From contig NC_087255.1 of NCBI RefSeq assembly GCF_037042905.1, positions 31,310,001 to 31,374,000 of the forward strand: a DNA stretch of 64,000 nucleotides, written 5' to 3'. Below the pieces are notes generated by a model. The model was not told where the DNA came from, did not search any database, and saw nothing but the letters and a program-made list of their open reading frames with translations. Position 1 is the first letter of the stretch, and each line of letters begins with the position of its first letter. The DNA is from Lytechinus pictus (lineage: Eukaryota). The position numbers were made by a program, and so were the translations under genes. Positions 38,501 through 48,100 of this stretch are shown here, piece by piece.

Positions 38501-41500
38501 ATAGTTATTCTGTTGAGTTCAAGAAAAAAAGCATATGTCTAGCAGGGTCCAACTTATAGAAGCAATATATTATAAACAACTTTCCCAGTGAATTTGAAAT
38601 TTAAACTTTCAGAATTTAAACTCACAACCAGAATCAAAAAATAAATCTTTAATAAGCCATTGATTTTTTAGGTGGTCGGTTACACAATGCTGCAATAGAC
38701 TCTTTTCACCAGAGCATTGGTCTTATATTGCCCATGAAATGCTACTACTGCTGCCAGTAATGTTTAAAATGTAAATCATGACATGGTGGTGATGGTGACA
38801 AGATGATTTTGATAGTGATAATCTAAGGAACAAATCATGAACGAATAAAAGGTTTTCTGAAAGAATAGATGTTTAGTATGTGACTTTTTAAACATTGAGG
38901 TTAATCTTTGCTTTAATAGCCTGCTTGAATGATATTCTGCTGTCTTTACAATGAACAAACTTTCTTTATCTTAATTTAATAGAATAATTAAGTCTTTATT
39001 TCACCAAGCAGAACAATGGATTCATCTAAAAAATCCTTATAACCATAAAAGTAACTGAGAATCAAACAAAATCTTGAAGAAACAAGAAATTTGCATCAAA
39101 GTATCAAACCATGCATAAATAAACATATGTATATAAAATTAAAAATCAATTACAAAATTAAAAATCAATTACAAAAAAATAGATATTCTAGAAAATATGG
39201 AGAAAAATACCATTAAAAAAAAACTAACATATATAGAAGTGAACTTAAATAATATAATACAATAGAATATTATTTTCTATCATGCACGCAGAAGGAAACT
39301 CTGCTTCCTTGGAAGAAACTTTAGCTACAGGTTTAGATCAAAATTTACCATGACAATCAATAGGCTTCCAAAAATCTTAACTTAATTGAAAGCATGTGCA
39401 AAACATTAACATAGTGGGCTGGTGCTTGAAAGATAATAATTAAAAAAATATAGAGAATTGAAGATCTAATAGTTTGAAAAAAGATAAAATATGTGCTTAA
39501 TAACATGAGAATTCTGATAAAATACTAAAATCAACACTGCTTGCACAAACATTTAATTATATATAGTTTATTCACATGTTGGTTATCATGTGAAAAAGAA
39601 CTTTGAATTTTCAAGAGAACATTTCCACTATAATTTGAACTTGGAATTCTGTCCATGTTATTATAATTTCATATCACTTATTTGAGCAGGGTATCAATGC
39701 TATAAAATCATGAATACTATCACTTTACCCCACCATCAATACTTTCATATGATAATGAAAAAAATATTCTTTGCAGATGATACAAAATAAAAAAGAATGC
39801 TAAATTCCATGCTGTAAAATCCAACTATGAGAGGAGAATAGAAGGAAAACATAAAATTAGTTTCTATTTGGCAAATTCCAAATAAAACCTGAATGCAAGT
39901 AAAAACATGTTTTTTCTGTAATAAAATAAATAATTAATATCCTATAAGGTAAATCAAAATATAAGAGTGTCAAGATAACGACATGAAAGTGAATTCTATA
40001 GTGTGCCAAAAGTAATGGAATCATTATCGCTGAAACGATAAAGGGTGATTGAATTCATAAGGAAAGAAGAAATCTCAAAAAGGTTAAATAATTTGCGCTT
40101 AGGGAAACTCTCCCGAAAGCTTTACTTACTGGTCAGGTTTGCACGTACGTCATGTGCACCGGAGGGTCGACTTATTTCTAAACATTGTAGAATATATTAA
40201 AGTGTTTTAACATGTAAGCTACATGATGTAAGTTAGCTCAGAGTATGAAACTACTCGGCCCTACGATACAATCAACTGAATTATAAATGAAAAAAAGTCA
40301 ACTGAATTGGATACACATGTGGTGCCAATCCTGGGGTGATGGTTTTTTTTCTTTCAAAGGTTGGGTGGCATTCTATCAAAGCTTTTCCGATCAAAGAGGA
40401 TCCAGGAAAAGATAGCATCTCAAAGCTACTTTTAGGAGACTGCTCCCCTAGTTTATTGAGAAGTTCATGGTTTGAAAGTTAACTCTATGGAAGTGCTCCA
40501 GGGTGAAGAAACAAACGGGACAAAGATATGAGAAAGGAAAATGATGAAGAAGGGGAAAGGGTAGAGCAATGGGATTGGGGAGGATATACAGTAACTGCTC
40601 ACAACAAGGGCCCCTAACACAGAGCTTAGCAATCATCATAGAATATTCTTTTATGATTGATTGCATTGACCACAATGTACAATCAATCATGAAAATCAAG
40701 CGTACGATTAATTGCAAACCTTTGTGTTACAGGATCCTGCAATAAACATTAAACACCACCAAATATCACTCATTGCCCAACTTTGACAAAAGGAAGCAAG
40801 TGACACATCAGTCAAATTTGAGTTATCGTTGTTTCTAAAACACCCTTTGTATGTTGCACATTCAGGCAAAATTTGGGAAAGAAATAATCGTTCTATGGAA
40901 AGTTATTGAAGAAAAAATGCTGTTAAATTGCATTGACGCCTATGTAAATGATGAACACACATTGCTCATTTACAACAAATGATACTTATGTAACTTGCTT
41001 TCTTTTGCCAAAGTATGGCAGCACAGTATAATCAATTCATTTTTAAAGCACAGAGGGATGTTTCACCAAGGTTCCAGTGTGACTGATATTGCTCTTAAAT
41101 TCCCTGCTGCATGTGGTTTGTAATGCATCATCACAATGATCACAATTATCTGGGCGCGTTAAGCAAGGAGAGATTACATTTACAGATTGCGTGCATGTTG
41201 ACACTTAGGCATGTCAAATAGTCAGACCTGACTATTTGTGAAACAACCTTGTCTTAAAATTCATTCCAGATTTTTTTTTTTTGATGGGGTGTGGTGGTGA
41301 ATGCATTATTTGAATATCAACTTAATAAAAAAAAAATCATCATTTCTAGACCTAACTTCCTTGGTGCTTTGTGGAAATTCACACAAATATCTAAATTCGA
41401 GTTTATCTTGGCAGCTGAAAAGTATACAACCTATCAAACTGCAATGTAAATTTATCATATTTCTCTAATAATATCCGCCAATAGTACCCAATGTGGTAGC

Positions 41501-44500
41501 ACATGCATCTTTTTGTCTTCACATACCTTTTAAATGAAACAAGTCGTTGGTAGTAAGTTTGTACTTCACAACTCCACCAGTCTCGTCGTGCACTGATACA
41601 TTGTAGCCAAAGTTTGGACCTCGGTATTCAGTCACTGGTATCGCCTAAAAATTCAGAAAAAAAACATAAATTAAAATTGAAAACAGTAACAAAAATTTGT
41701 AGATCATTTTCATATAGCAAACATAAACATAATTCAAACCTGCACAGTCTGTATGTCATGACATGGGAATGCACTTCACAGAATTGCACACATTTTTTTT
41801 TTGATTACCCTGGTATACACCAAATACAGTAAACCTCTCATTCAGTGAGAATGTAATATTTTGAACAGAGTTAAAGACAAACGCCAGTTGTTGTAACAAT
41901 ATCAAATGATTTCATACAGAATCCAACAAAATAAACACCAAATTGTCTGTATGAATGAATAAAAAATATGTGCCACATAATTAAAAAAGAAATTGTATAA
42001 TGGCTGAGAAATAAGTAAAATAAGCACATCATGTCACCAAATGTTGGGTATTTATCCAAGCAATAATAATACACTGTCCCACATGTGCTTATCTGTGTAG
42101 GTGATCTTCAGTGCAATAGTTTTTCAGCTTAGATTTCATGATTTCACAAAGGTCAGTTTATGCAACTCTACCGGATCTAGATCCACGATGATATAGTGAC
42201 AATAAAACCTTGGCTTTACAGACTTTCTCATGAAATCAGTGTTTCTTCGCATGAGATCAGTATTTACGGTAACTACTTTTATTTATCTTTAATTTATCCC
42301 TATAAAAGAAGCTTATTTTACCTGCCATCCTACAACGACATCTCGAGTGTATGAGTTGGCATCCCCATTTACATTAACGACAGTGAGTGATCTCATGGTG
42401 GCACCAGGCTCTGTGGATGCAGGAAAAAAAACATGTAAAAGAATCCTGGATTATTTCACACTTTACGATTAAACATCAAAGAAACTATATGTGAGCTGAG
42501 TGTAGCCAACAGCTGGAACCAACACACAGCTGGATTACAAAGCAACATCAAGAAGAAATTGAGATGATTATTTTAACAGGAATTGTGTTTATACAGCTTC
42601 AAATATGTCATAGATTTGGGGATGTTTCACTAAAAGGTGAGTCAGACTAAAATCATGATTAAGGCCGAAGGGCACATGATATTTAACATGTAACCTTGAT
42701 ATTTATTGTGACGTTAAGTGTGTACAATGAGCAAAATCTGACTGGTGTGGTGATCAAGTTATATACAGCACATGCAAATAGAAATCAAAGAATGATTTCT
42801 AGTCAGGCTCAAATCTTTGTGAAACACTTCCCTGGGGCCTGCTTCACAAAAATTTCATGGTAACGTTATGGAAACTACCATGGTAACAGGGCTCAGCAGC
42901 CAATCAAAATCAAGGTTTCCATAGCAGTTTTCATAATGGCATGGTTATAGTTGTATTCTTTATGAAGCGGGCCCCAGATATGTATTTCTATTTCGATGGG
43001 CTATTGCTATATCATACCTTCGGCCATGGTTACTACTTCGATGGGCTCAGACCAGGTACCAAATGGGTTTCCATCATAATGGTCAACCAGGACGTCGTAG
43101 GCACAACTGACCCGGACAAAGTAAGTTGTATAAGGGTCAAGAGCTGAGATGATGTATTCTGTGTCTGTTCTGATACTATCCAAAGACACCTAAAATGAAC
43201 GAATAAAACAGATATTCATAACAATCAAAGGAATGTTTAGGAAGGATAGCTCCACTGCTAGAGCGGTGCTTTTGTGTTCCTGTAACCTGGGTTTGATAAC
43301 AAGGGCTAGTGCCCTTTGATAAGGTACATGTCTTGTACTTATAACCAGGGCTCCTTCTTACAAAGACAAGCAACTGATCCAATCAACCACAACTATGGAA
43401 AGCCAGCTACGCCAACATCTAGAATACATGTTTGTTCCAAACAATTTCTAGATATAACGACTCACACCTTTATCGTTGTATTGACAACTCAATGTCCTTG
43501 CTCTTTGTTTACAAAGGACATTGTGCAAATTTCTGGTAGGAAAAATTATTACAATGATGGATTTCCATATAACTGACGTTGATTGGATCAATTGTAACTC
43601 TTTGTAAGACGGGGCCCAGGTCTCTCAAAGAAGAAACTTCGGCTGCCAATTCTCTGATTACTTACTTAAAATAATTTTCATGGTTTCTTAGCAGTCAACA
43701 TTAAGATTTCTCACCTGAAGTTGAGACAATCGACTAGAGGCGTAACAATCAATGGCTTAATCGGTAACATCTTTTAACCTAGCTCGGTGCTTGAAGCTCC
43801 TTCAGCAGCCTTTTCACAATCTCAACACTAAAATCAACAACTCACGTTTAATCACTGAATGTATCCGGTTTCTCATTTTCTAAATTTCCTGTGTCAGTAT
43901 TCCTCATTCTGTACCAACTCCTATCATAATGTGATTTTCAAAAATCGGAATAATCGTCATCCTTAACTCATCTACTTACATTTTGCCATCCTTCCCCTTC
44001 TTTTTTGTACTGCAACCAGTAGTGCAACCCATAGGCAAGGCCAGTTCTGTGCCAATCAGAAGGTTGTTCCCAAGACATGGCAATCTTGCGTCGCTCAGTG
44101 ATCTCTGCTCTTACATTCCCTGGAGGGTTTGGCCGAACTACAAGTGAAAGATCAAGATAAGATTGAGTGATTAGTAAATGTATCAGATTAATAAGACAAG
44201 AAAACAGTTATTTAGATTTTTAAGAGAACTTAGGGTTGCAGTTCAAAGAAATTTTGCTCCAAAGCCATCATTTTCTTTAAATAATAAAATTATCTTGAAC
44301 TAATGTGGTGTCTTTTTGCAACTGCTGATATAGAACAAGCTCTAAAACACAAATCTGTCCAAAATTAAAACACAAGCTCTAAAACACAAATCTGTCAAAA
44401 ATTAACATGATTTTTCTTTTTTTATAAGTATAGACTATGGCATTGCAGAATTGATACTTTCAAGTCTAGAAGAAAACATTGTGGATAAGGGAGGGAAGAA

Positions 44501-47500
44501 TGGACAGAAATGAAATGAATGCCACCCATCCATTCACAGTCAAGGAAAGATTATATTATCTGCTGGTGAGAGAATATCAAAACAGAATAAAAGAATGTTT
44601 AAAAAGTGCAAGAACAGGGAAGCATTTCATGAAACAAAGAGTCAGTGATTTTCACTGACTATAGTTATAAGCTACTGAAATCCGTCCATCTGATTGGCTG
44701 TGAGTAAATAAGTTAGTGATAATCATTGACAAAACTTTTCATGAATGCTCCCAAAGTTATGCAGATGAATTTGTAGAGAAACCCTTTCCTCAGCTCCGAA
44801 TAAAATAGAGGTACGCAGACATTAGGGTTCACAGAGCTTTGCCATTGATCATAGGGCTGTGTATTATTGCATACTACATGATTATGCAATCAGTCATGCA
44901 AATCAGCTGTTCCATCAATAGTTTTGCAGGGATTCAACTCACAACTCTCTCACTAAAATATTTGGAATGCACCATGCAGGATAAAAACAGCCATAGGACC
45001 CTGCAACAGAAAGGTTTGCAGTGAATTGAAAGAACCACTCTGATTGGTTAATGGTCAGAGTTTTGAACAAAATGCACATTAAACGATGATCTTGATTGGT
45101 TATTTAGGGATTGATTGTAAACCTTTGTGTTATGGCCTTACCTTCTGAGTGTGGATCAAATTGTCTATTCAAATGTGAGGTACTATTGCCAAGGGGATTT
45201 TCGCTCACGACAAATATTTCTGTTTGGAAGGGATCGTCGATAACTCGGCAAAAGTTGTTCTCTCGTTCAGGATGGCAGGGTAGAATTTCTCTGTTTCCAT
45301 CAACATAGGGTCTGTAACATGACAACAAAGAAAACATGCATGTTGTTTTGTTTGTTTGTTTGTGACAACCTCAGTACTAAAATATTAATAGCTCTTACTT
45401 GTTTGATTATTAACCCTACTTTAAATGGGTTATTTCAGACCAGGATGCGGCAGGGGGGGGGGGGGCGTCAATCGACTGCCTTTCAGATCTCGGCTGCTGA
45501 TTGCACAATCACCACAAAAATTTGCACATGTTCACGACAATACTGAATAGTAAAATTTTCAAAAAATTAATTTCTTATATTTCCTCACTAATTAATCATA
45601 CTAATAAGCATATGAAATGTGCTCTAAATATGGTTTTTGTGTATGCCTCTGCCTTATACTCACTTATATAGCAATCAGAATGCAAATTTTTGGGTGAAAA
45701 TATCAATTTTTACATTTTTTTTTAATTGCCAAAATGCAATTAACTTTAAATGTAGCTCATTTATTTTTAATTATGTATTTTTTTTTTTACCTTTGATTAT
45801 TATTGTTTTTTCGATGAAATTGTTAGGCACTCTTTTGCAATCATGAATAGAATAAAATAAATCCACTTAAACCAGCAAAAGTATTTTTTAAAAAAATTAC
45901 ACTAAATATGTTTTTTGGGTTGAAAACACCCTTTGCATTGACTTTGTACACAAAATCATGTTTATAAGCAATTTTGGGTCTGGCATGCACTTACAAAATG
46001 ATGTATATTTCAGAACTGCATACTTAGGGTTAAAGGTTTGGAAATATAGGTCTTAAAAGCAGTTGATGTTCTCAGTCTTTGGTGAAACTGAATTTCTTGT
46101 GCATTTCTTTAATTTGGGAGTCCATCGGTCTGAAAGAAATTTTAAGAGTGACCGGCGGCATGATTCAGTAACCATGGGATCGTCCGCTTCGACTCAGCAC
46201 TACTAGTAACGTGATTAGATTATCTGGATCATTATGGAAAATTGAAAGGGAAAAATAACTGAATTTCAATGAATTGAGTTGATTTGAACTTAACTGAATT
46301 GAATATAAATAAAATCTAATGAATTGAAATGAAATGAATTACAATATTTCTCCTTACCCTTGATAGTACAAGGTATCTACAGTCTTGAGATTGGTCGGGC
46401 GGCCATCCTCCCACTCACACCAGTACTCATTGATGTTGGTAGTGTAACAGTTTAAATTCTCTACTGGCTCCGGTGGTACTACATACAAAAAAAATATCAT
46501 GTAAAGTTACTTTCTTTTAATGTATTCTTTCAACACCCCCCCCCCCCCTCTTCTCAACAATGAAAATAAAGGAATCATGTATCATTGAATTTGTGAAATT
46601 ATTAAATCCTTTGTTAAAACTCTTATCCATTTATAAACAAAAAAGAAAAACAGTTCTTGGCAATATGATTCTCTTTGAAACTGTCATGTTTTTTAATTCT
46701 CCACAGTGCCCTAAAATACATGTATTCATTGCTCGACAGAGGGCACTATATCAATGCACCACATCTGAACTATCTTACATTTATACATAAAGAACATAAT
46801 CATCAAAGCATACTCACATCCCACGTGCACTGTGGCCGATGCCTCTAAAAAATCGAAAAAGCTATCACCGGGGAAGGAACAGTAGTATGTGCCTTTGTCG
46901 TCGAAGAGAGCTTCTTGGATGTGAAGACGGGCAACTGTGTCATTAAGCACAGAGTGGGGATGGTGATCTATGGCTTTGTCATAGTCTTTGATCCAGACAA
47001 CGTCAGCTGCCGTTAGGTTGGTGCTGGCAATGTCAATTATACAGTGGATAGTGTGGTTGTCACCCCTATGTAGAATCGCAAAATCTTCTAAGACGGTAGC
47101 TGCAACAGAAGAAATACATTCATTACCTGAAGGCCTGACTCGTAACTGTTTTTTTAACAGAATTATGATAGCAAAGTTACCATAGTTGTAACTCTTTGAC
47201 ATTGAATAAAACCTAATCGAAAGCTGTAAACTCACAAGGAAATTATATTAACCTGTGACCCTGACATCAAACAAAAATACATACACAAACCTTAAACAAG
47301 ACCAAACCTCACCCACAAAAACCTCCCCAAAAAGAGATCTAAAAAACCCATTAACCAAAGTATCCCATAAACATTAAATACAATTACAAACCAAGTGCAT
47401 GTCTAAAGGAATGTGTAATAATTCCTGCTTTCTTGACTCTGAAAAATAGATGTCTGCAAATTTCAGAGTCAAGGGAATATTCCTTGTTTTCTTGGTATGT

Positions 47501-47890
47501 TCCAACTTGATCAAAATCTTGTCAAGGAAAAATAAATGGACAATAATACTTGTACATTTCATGGATGTTGAGATGTGAAATGTGCCTTTTCAGTAACTTG
47601 TGGAGAAGGTTTTTCTCAACTGGGTCTAACAATTATGATTTCAGCAGTCATTTGAACAGCAAGTTAAATGTTTTGACTCAGATATAACATAAACCTAACA
47701 CATAGCTTGAGGTCATAACTTAATACAATGTGAAACACTATAGAGTAAGCCCAACCATGAGCAAGCTCAACCATCAACAAAGCCACGTCCTAACATTATA
47801 ATGTAACAGTTTGAACCTACCTGTTATTGCACCAGAGACTGAGATGAGGGCACACAAGCAGATACAGGTTATCCAGACAGAATGCGCCAT
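30835..47890 (-). CDS. Class I cytokine receptor, gp130/Domeless-like signalling chain; spliced CDS of 18 exons, 1469 aa (SP-Ig-CHR-5xFN3-TM-Box1-long tail)
   Basis: Hand-spliced exons 47821-47890, 46818-47099, 46358-46478, 45142-45311, 43980-44137, 43018-43189, 42322-42410, 41527-41644, 40130-40177, 38041-38142, 37080-37221, 36614-36759, 35866-36069, 35174-35338, 34573-34842, 33823-34140, 33231-33376, 30835-32523 total 4410 nt in one open frame with GT-AG junctions. Motifs GLPPEPVENLNC..YWCEWEDGRPTNL and VRPNPP closely recall gp130 GLPPEKPKNLSC..MRCEWDGGRETHL and VKPNPP; also YFVRVSC...FGTWS and a PxP Box1. Confidence 0.9.
33231..33376 (-). CDS. Receptor exon 17: transmembrane helix and Box1-like motif
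   Basis: VVTIVLAILLPSFVVIIAFCFLIWV then KQSDLFKPAPDP (cf. gp130 IWPNVPDP); donor GTAAGT; phase 1-0. Confidence 0.9.
33428..33712. repeat. Degenerate ~21-bp minisatellite (gatgcaactgaaatttgcaac) in the intron before the TM exon
   Basis: Repeated gcaactgaaatttgcaa / gtaactaaaattggcaa units. Confidence 0.75.
33823..34140 (-). CDS. Receptor exon 16: membrane-proximal FN3 domain
   Basis: VIVNWGRPVVPNGPIDYYMVRY...FNFEVFAVN; donor GTGGGG; phase 1-1. Confidence 0.88.
34573..34842 (-). CDS. Receptor exon 15: complete FN3 domain
   Basis: PSPPRDL...IQLVWEAPEQMNGVFKNYIIKY...NYTIDVQAC; donor GTAAGT; phase 1-1. Confidence 0.9.
35174..35338 (-). CDS. Receptor exon 14: FN3 second half
   Basis: ETISGLKPFTEYVVRIAASTSAARGPPS; donor GTGGGT; phase 1-1. 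Confidence 0.88.
35866..36069 (-). CDS. Receptor exon 13: FN3 first half
   Basis: GPSGSPQALRV...LLLSWEEVPVNQRNGEIQFYTIIYC; donor GTAAGT; phase 1-1. Confidence 0.9.
36100..36255. repeat. (ACTACA/ACTGCA)n degenerate microsatellite
   Basis: Visible directly. Confidence 0.8.
36614..36759 (-). CDS. Receptor exon 12: FN3 second half
   Basis: HEITNLEAYTSYRVSLKTVNKRGPS; donor GTAAGT; phase 2-1. Confidence 0.9.
37080..37221 (-). CDS. Receptor exon 11: FN3 first half
   Basis: VPDKPEDLRVVTKTASSLQVSWEPP...LRYELEW; donor GTAAGC; phase 1-2. Confidence 0.9.
38041..38142 (-). CDS. Receptor exon 10: FN3 end
   Basis: LDRFKRLTVYVTPYNDVGPGVNKGQTTLQDETT; donor GTGAGT; phase 1-1. Confidence 0.87.
40130..40177 (-). 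CDS. Receptor exon 9: 48-nt microexon (EISRPSGAHDVRANLT)
   Basis: Acceptor tttAG, perfect donor GTAAGT, open in phase 1-1, locally GC-rich inside an AT-rich intron. Confidence 0.7.
40588..40738. mobile_element. Harbinger-type MITE; related copies at ~25659-25810, ~28809-28930 and ~44996-45137
   Basis: gggcccctaacacagagctt ... aacctttgtgttacaggatcc termini. Confidence 0.6.
41527..41644 (-). CDS. Receptor exon 8: FN3 middle
   Basis: AIPVTEYRGPNFGYNVSVHDETGGVVKYKLTTNDLFHLK; donor GTATGT; phase 0-1. Confidence 0.85.
41871..42292 (+). mobile_element. Kolobok-like non-autonomous element (intronic copy)
   Basis: TTAA-flanked; homologous to 23986-24389. Confidence 0.75.
42322..42410 (-). CDS. Receptor exon 7: FN3 start
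   Basis: EPGATMRSLTVVNVNGDANSYTRDVVVGWQ; acceptor ccacAG, donor GTAAAA; phase 1-0. Confidence 0.82.
43018..43189 (-). CDS. Receptor exon 6: C-terminal CHR domain with WSXWS-equivalent FGTWS
   Basis: EYIISALDPYTTYFVRVSC...NPFGTWSEPIEVVT; phase 0-1, donor GTATGA. Confidence 0.9.
43349..43616 (+). mobile_element. Harbinger-type MITE, TSD CAG
   Basis: CAG+ggctccttcttacaaag ... ctttgtaagacggggcc+CAG. Confidence 0.8.
43980..44137 (-). CDS. Receptor exon 5: C-terminal CHR domain, first half
   Basis: VRPNPPGNVRAEITERRKIAMSWEQPSDWHRTGLAYGLHYWLQYKKEGEGWQN; donor GTAAGT; phase 1-0. Not in the ORF track. Confidence 0.9.
44617..44752. mobile_element. Harbinger-type MITE
   Basis: gggaagcatttcatgaaa ... 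tttcatgaatgctccc TIRs. Confidence 0.6.
45142..45311 (-). CDS. Receptor exon 4: N-terminal CHR domain, second half (second Cys pair)
   Basis: PYVDGNREILPCHPERENNFCRV...IFVVSENPLG (cf. gp130 VWVEAENALG); phase 2-1, donor GTAAGG. Confidence 0.88.
45414..46029. mobile_element. piggyBac-like non-autonomous element
   Basis: TTAA+CCCTA ... TAGGG+TTAA termini; the TIRs are short, so pairing of the two ends is tentative. Confidence 0.55.
46358..46478 (-). CDS. Receptor exon 3: N-terminal CHR FN3 domain, first half (C-x9-CxW)
   Basis: LPPEPVENLNCYTTNINEYWCEWEDGRPTNLKTVDTLYYQG; donor GTAAGG; phase 1-2. Not in the ORF track. Confidence 0.9.
46818..47099 (-). CDS. Receptor exon 2: Ig-like domain
   Basis: HTIHC...VVWIK...ARLHI...DDKGTYYC (Ig Cys/Trp and DxGxYxC); acceptor ttgcAG, donor GTGAGT; 282 nt, phase 1-1. 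Confidence 0.9.
47821..47890 (-). CDS. Receptor coding exon 1: signal peptide MAHSVWITCICLCALISVSGAIT
   Basis: ATG in aagATGG context, hydrophobic core, donor GTAGGT at 47820, phase 1 matching the next exon. Not in the ORF track. Confidence 0.85.
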
Positions 47891-48100
47891 CTTGCTTTAG
47901 CCTTCCCTACATCGGTCACAGAAGGGCTGCAAGCAGTCCCCTCCTCCGGTTCCTCCTTCCCTCTTTGATCTGGGATCACTAAATCTCAACTTCGAACTAT
48001 CTCCCTCTCTCAATGACCTTTGACCTCGGCCCTAAAAGGTCGGGGTGTGACCTTCAGATTGCACGCTGATTGCGTCACACCTTCAGAATTGAGTAGCAAC
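47891..48100 (-). other. 5' UTR part of the first coding exon; an upstream non-coding exon is implied but not located
   Basis: Acceptor ttcttctgtgtcattatccAG at 48101-48102, followed by GC-richer exon-like sequence. Confidence 0.55.

Noticed and set aside
42855-42935. RFX X-box-like motifs (ccatggtaac, gtttccatagca)
   Set aside because: They sit inside a MITE-like sequence with relatives at ~7770 and ~15815, so the repeat explains them.
47060-47068. RGD tripeptide in the Ig domain
   Set aside because: It falls at the usual G-x position before Ig strand B; nothing indicates integrin binding.
19791-47890. Functional link between the Tctex gene and the receptor
   Set aside because: Adjacency on the same strand in a eukaryote is not evidence without conserved synteny or co-expression.
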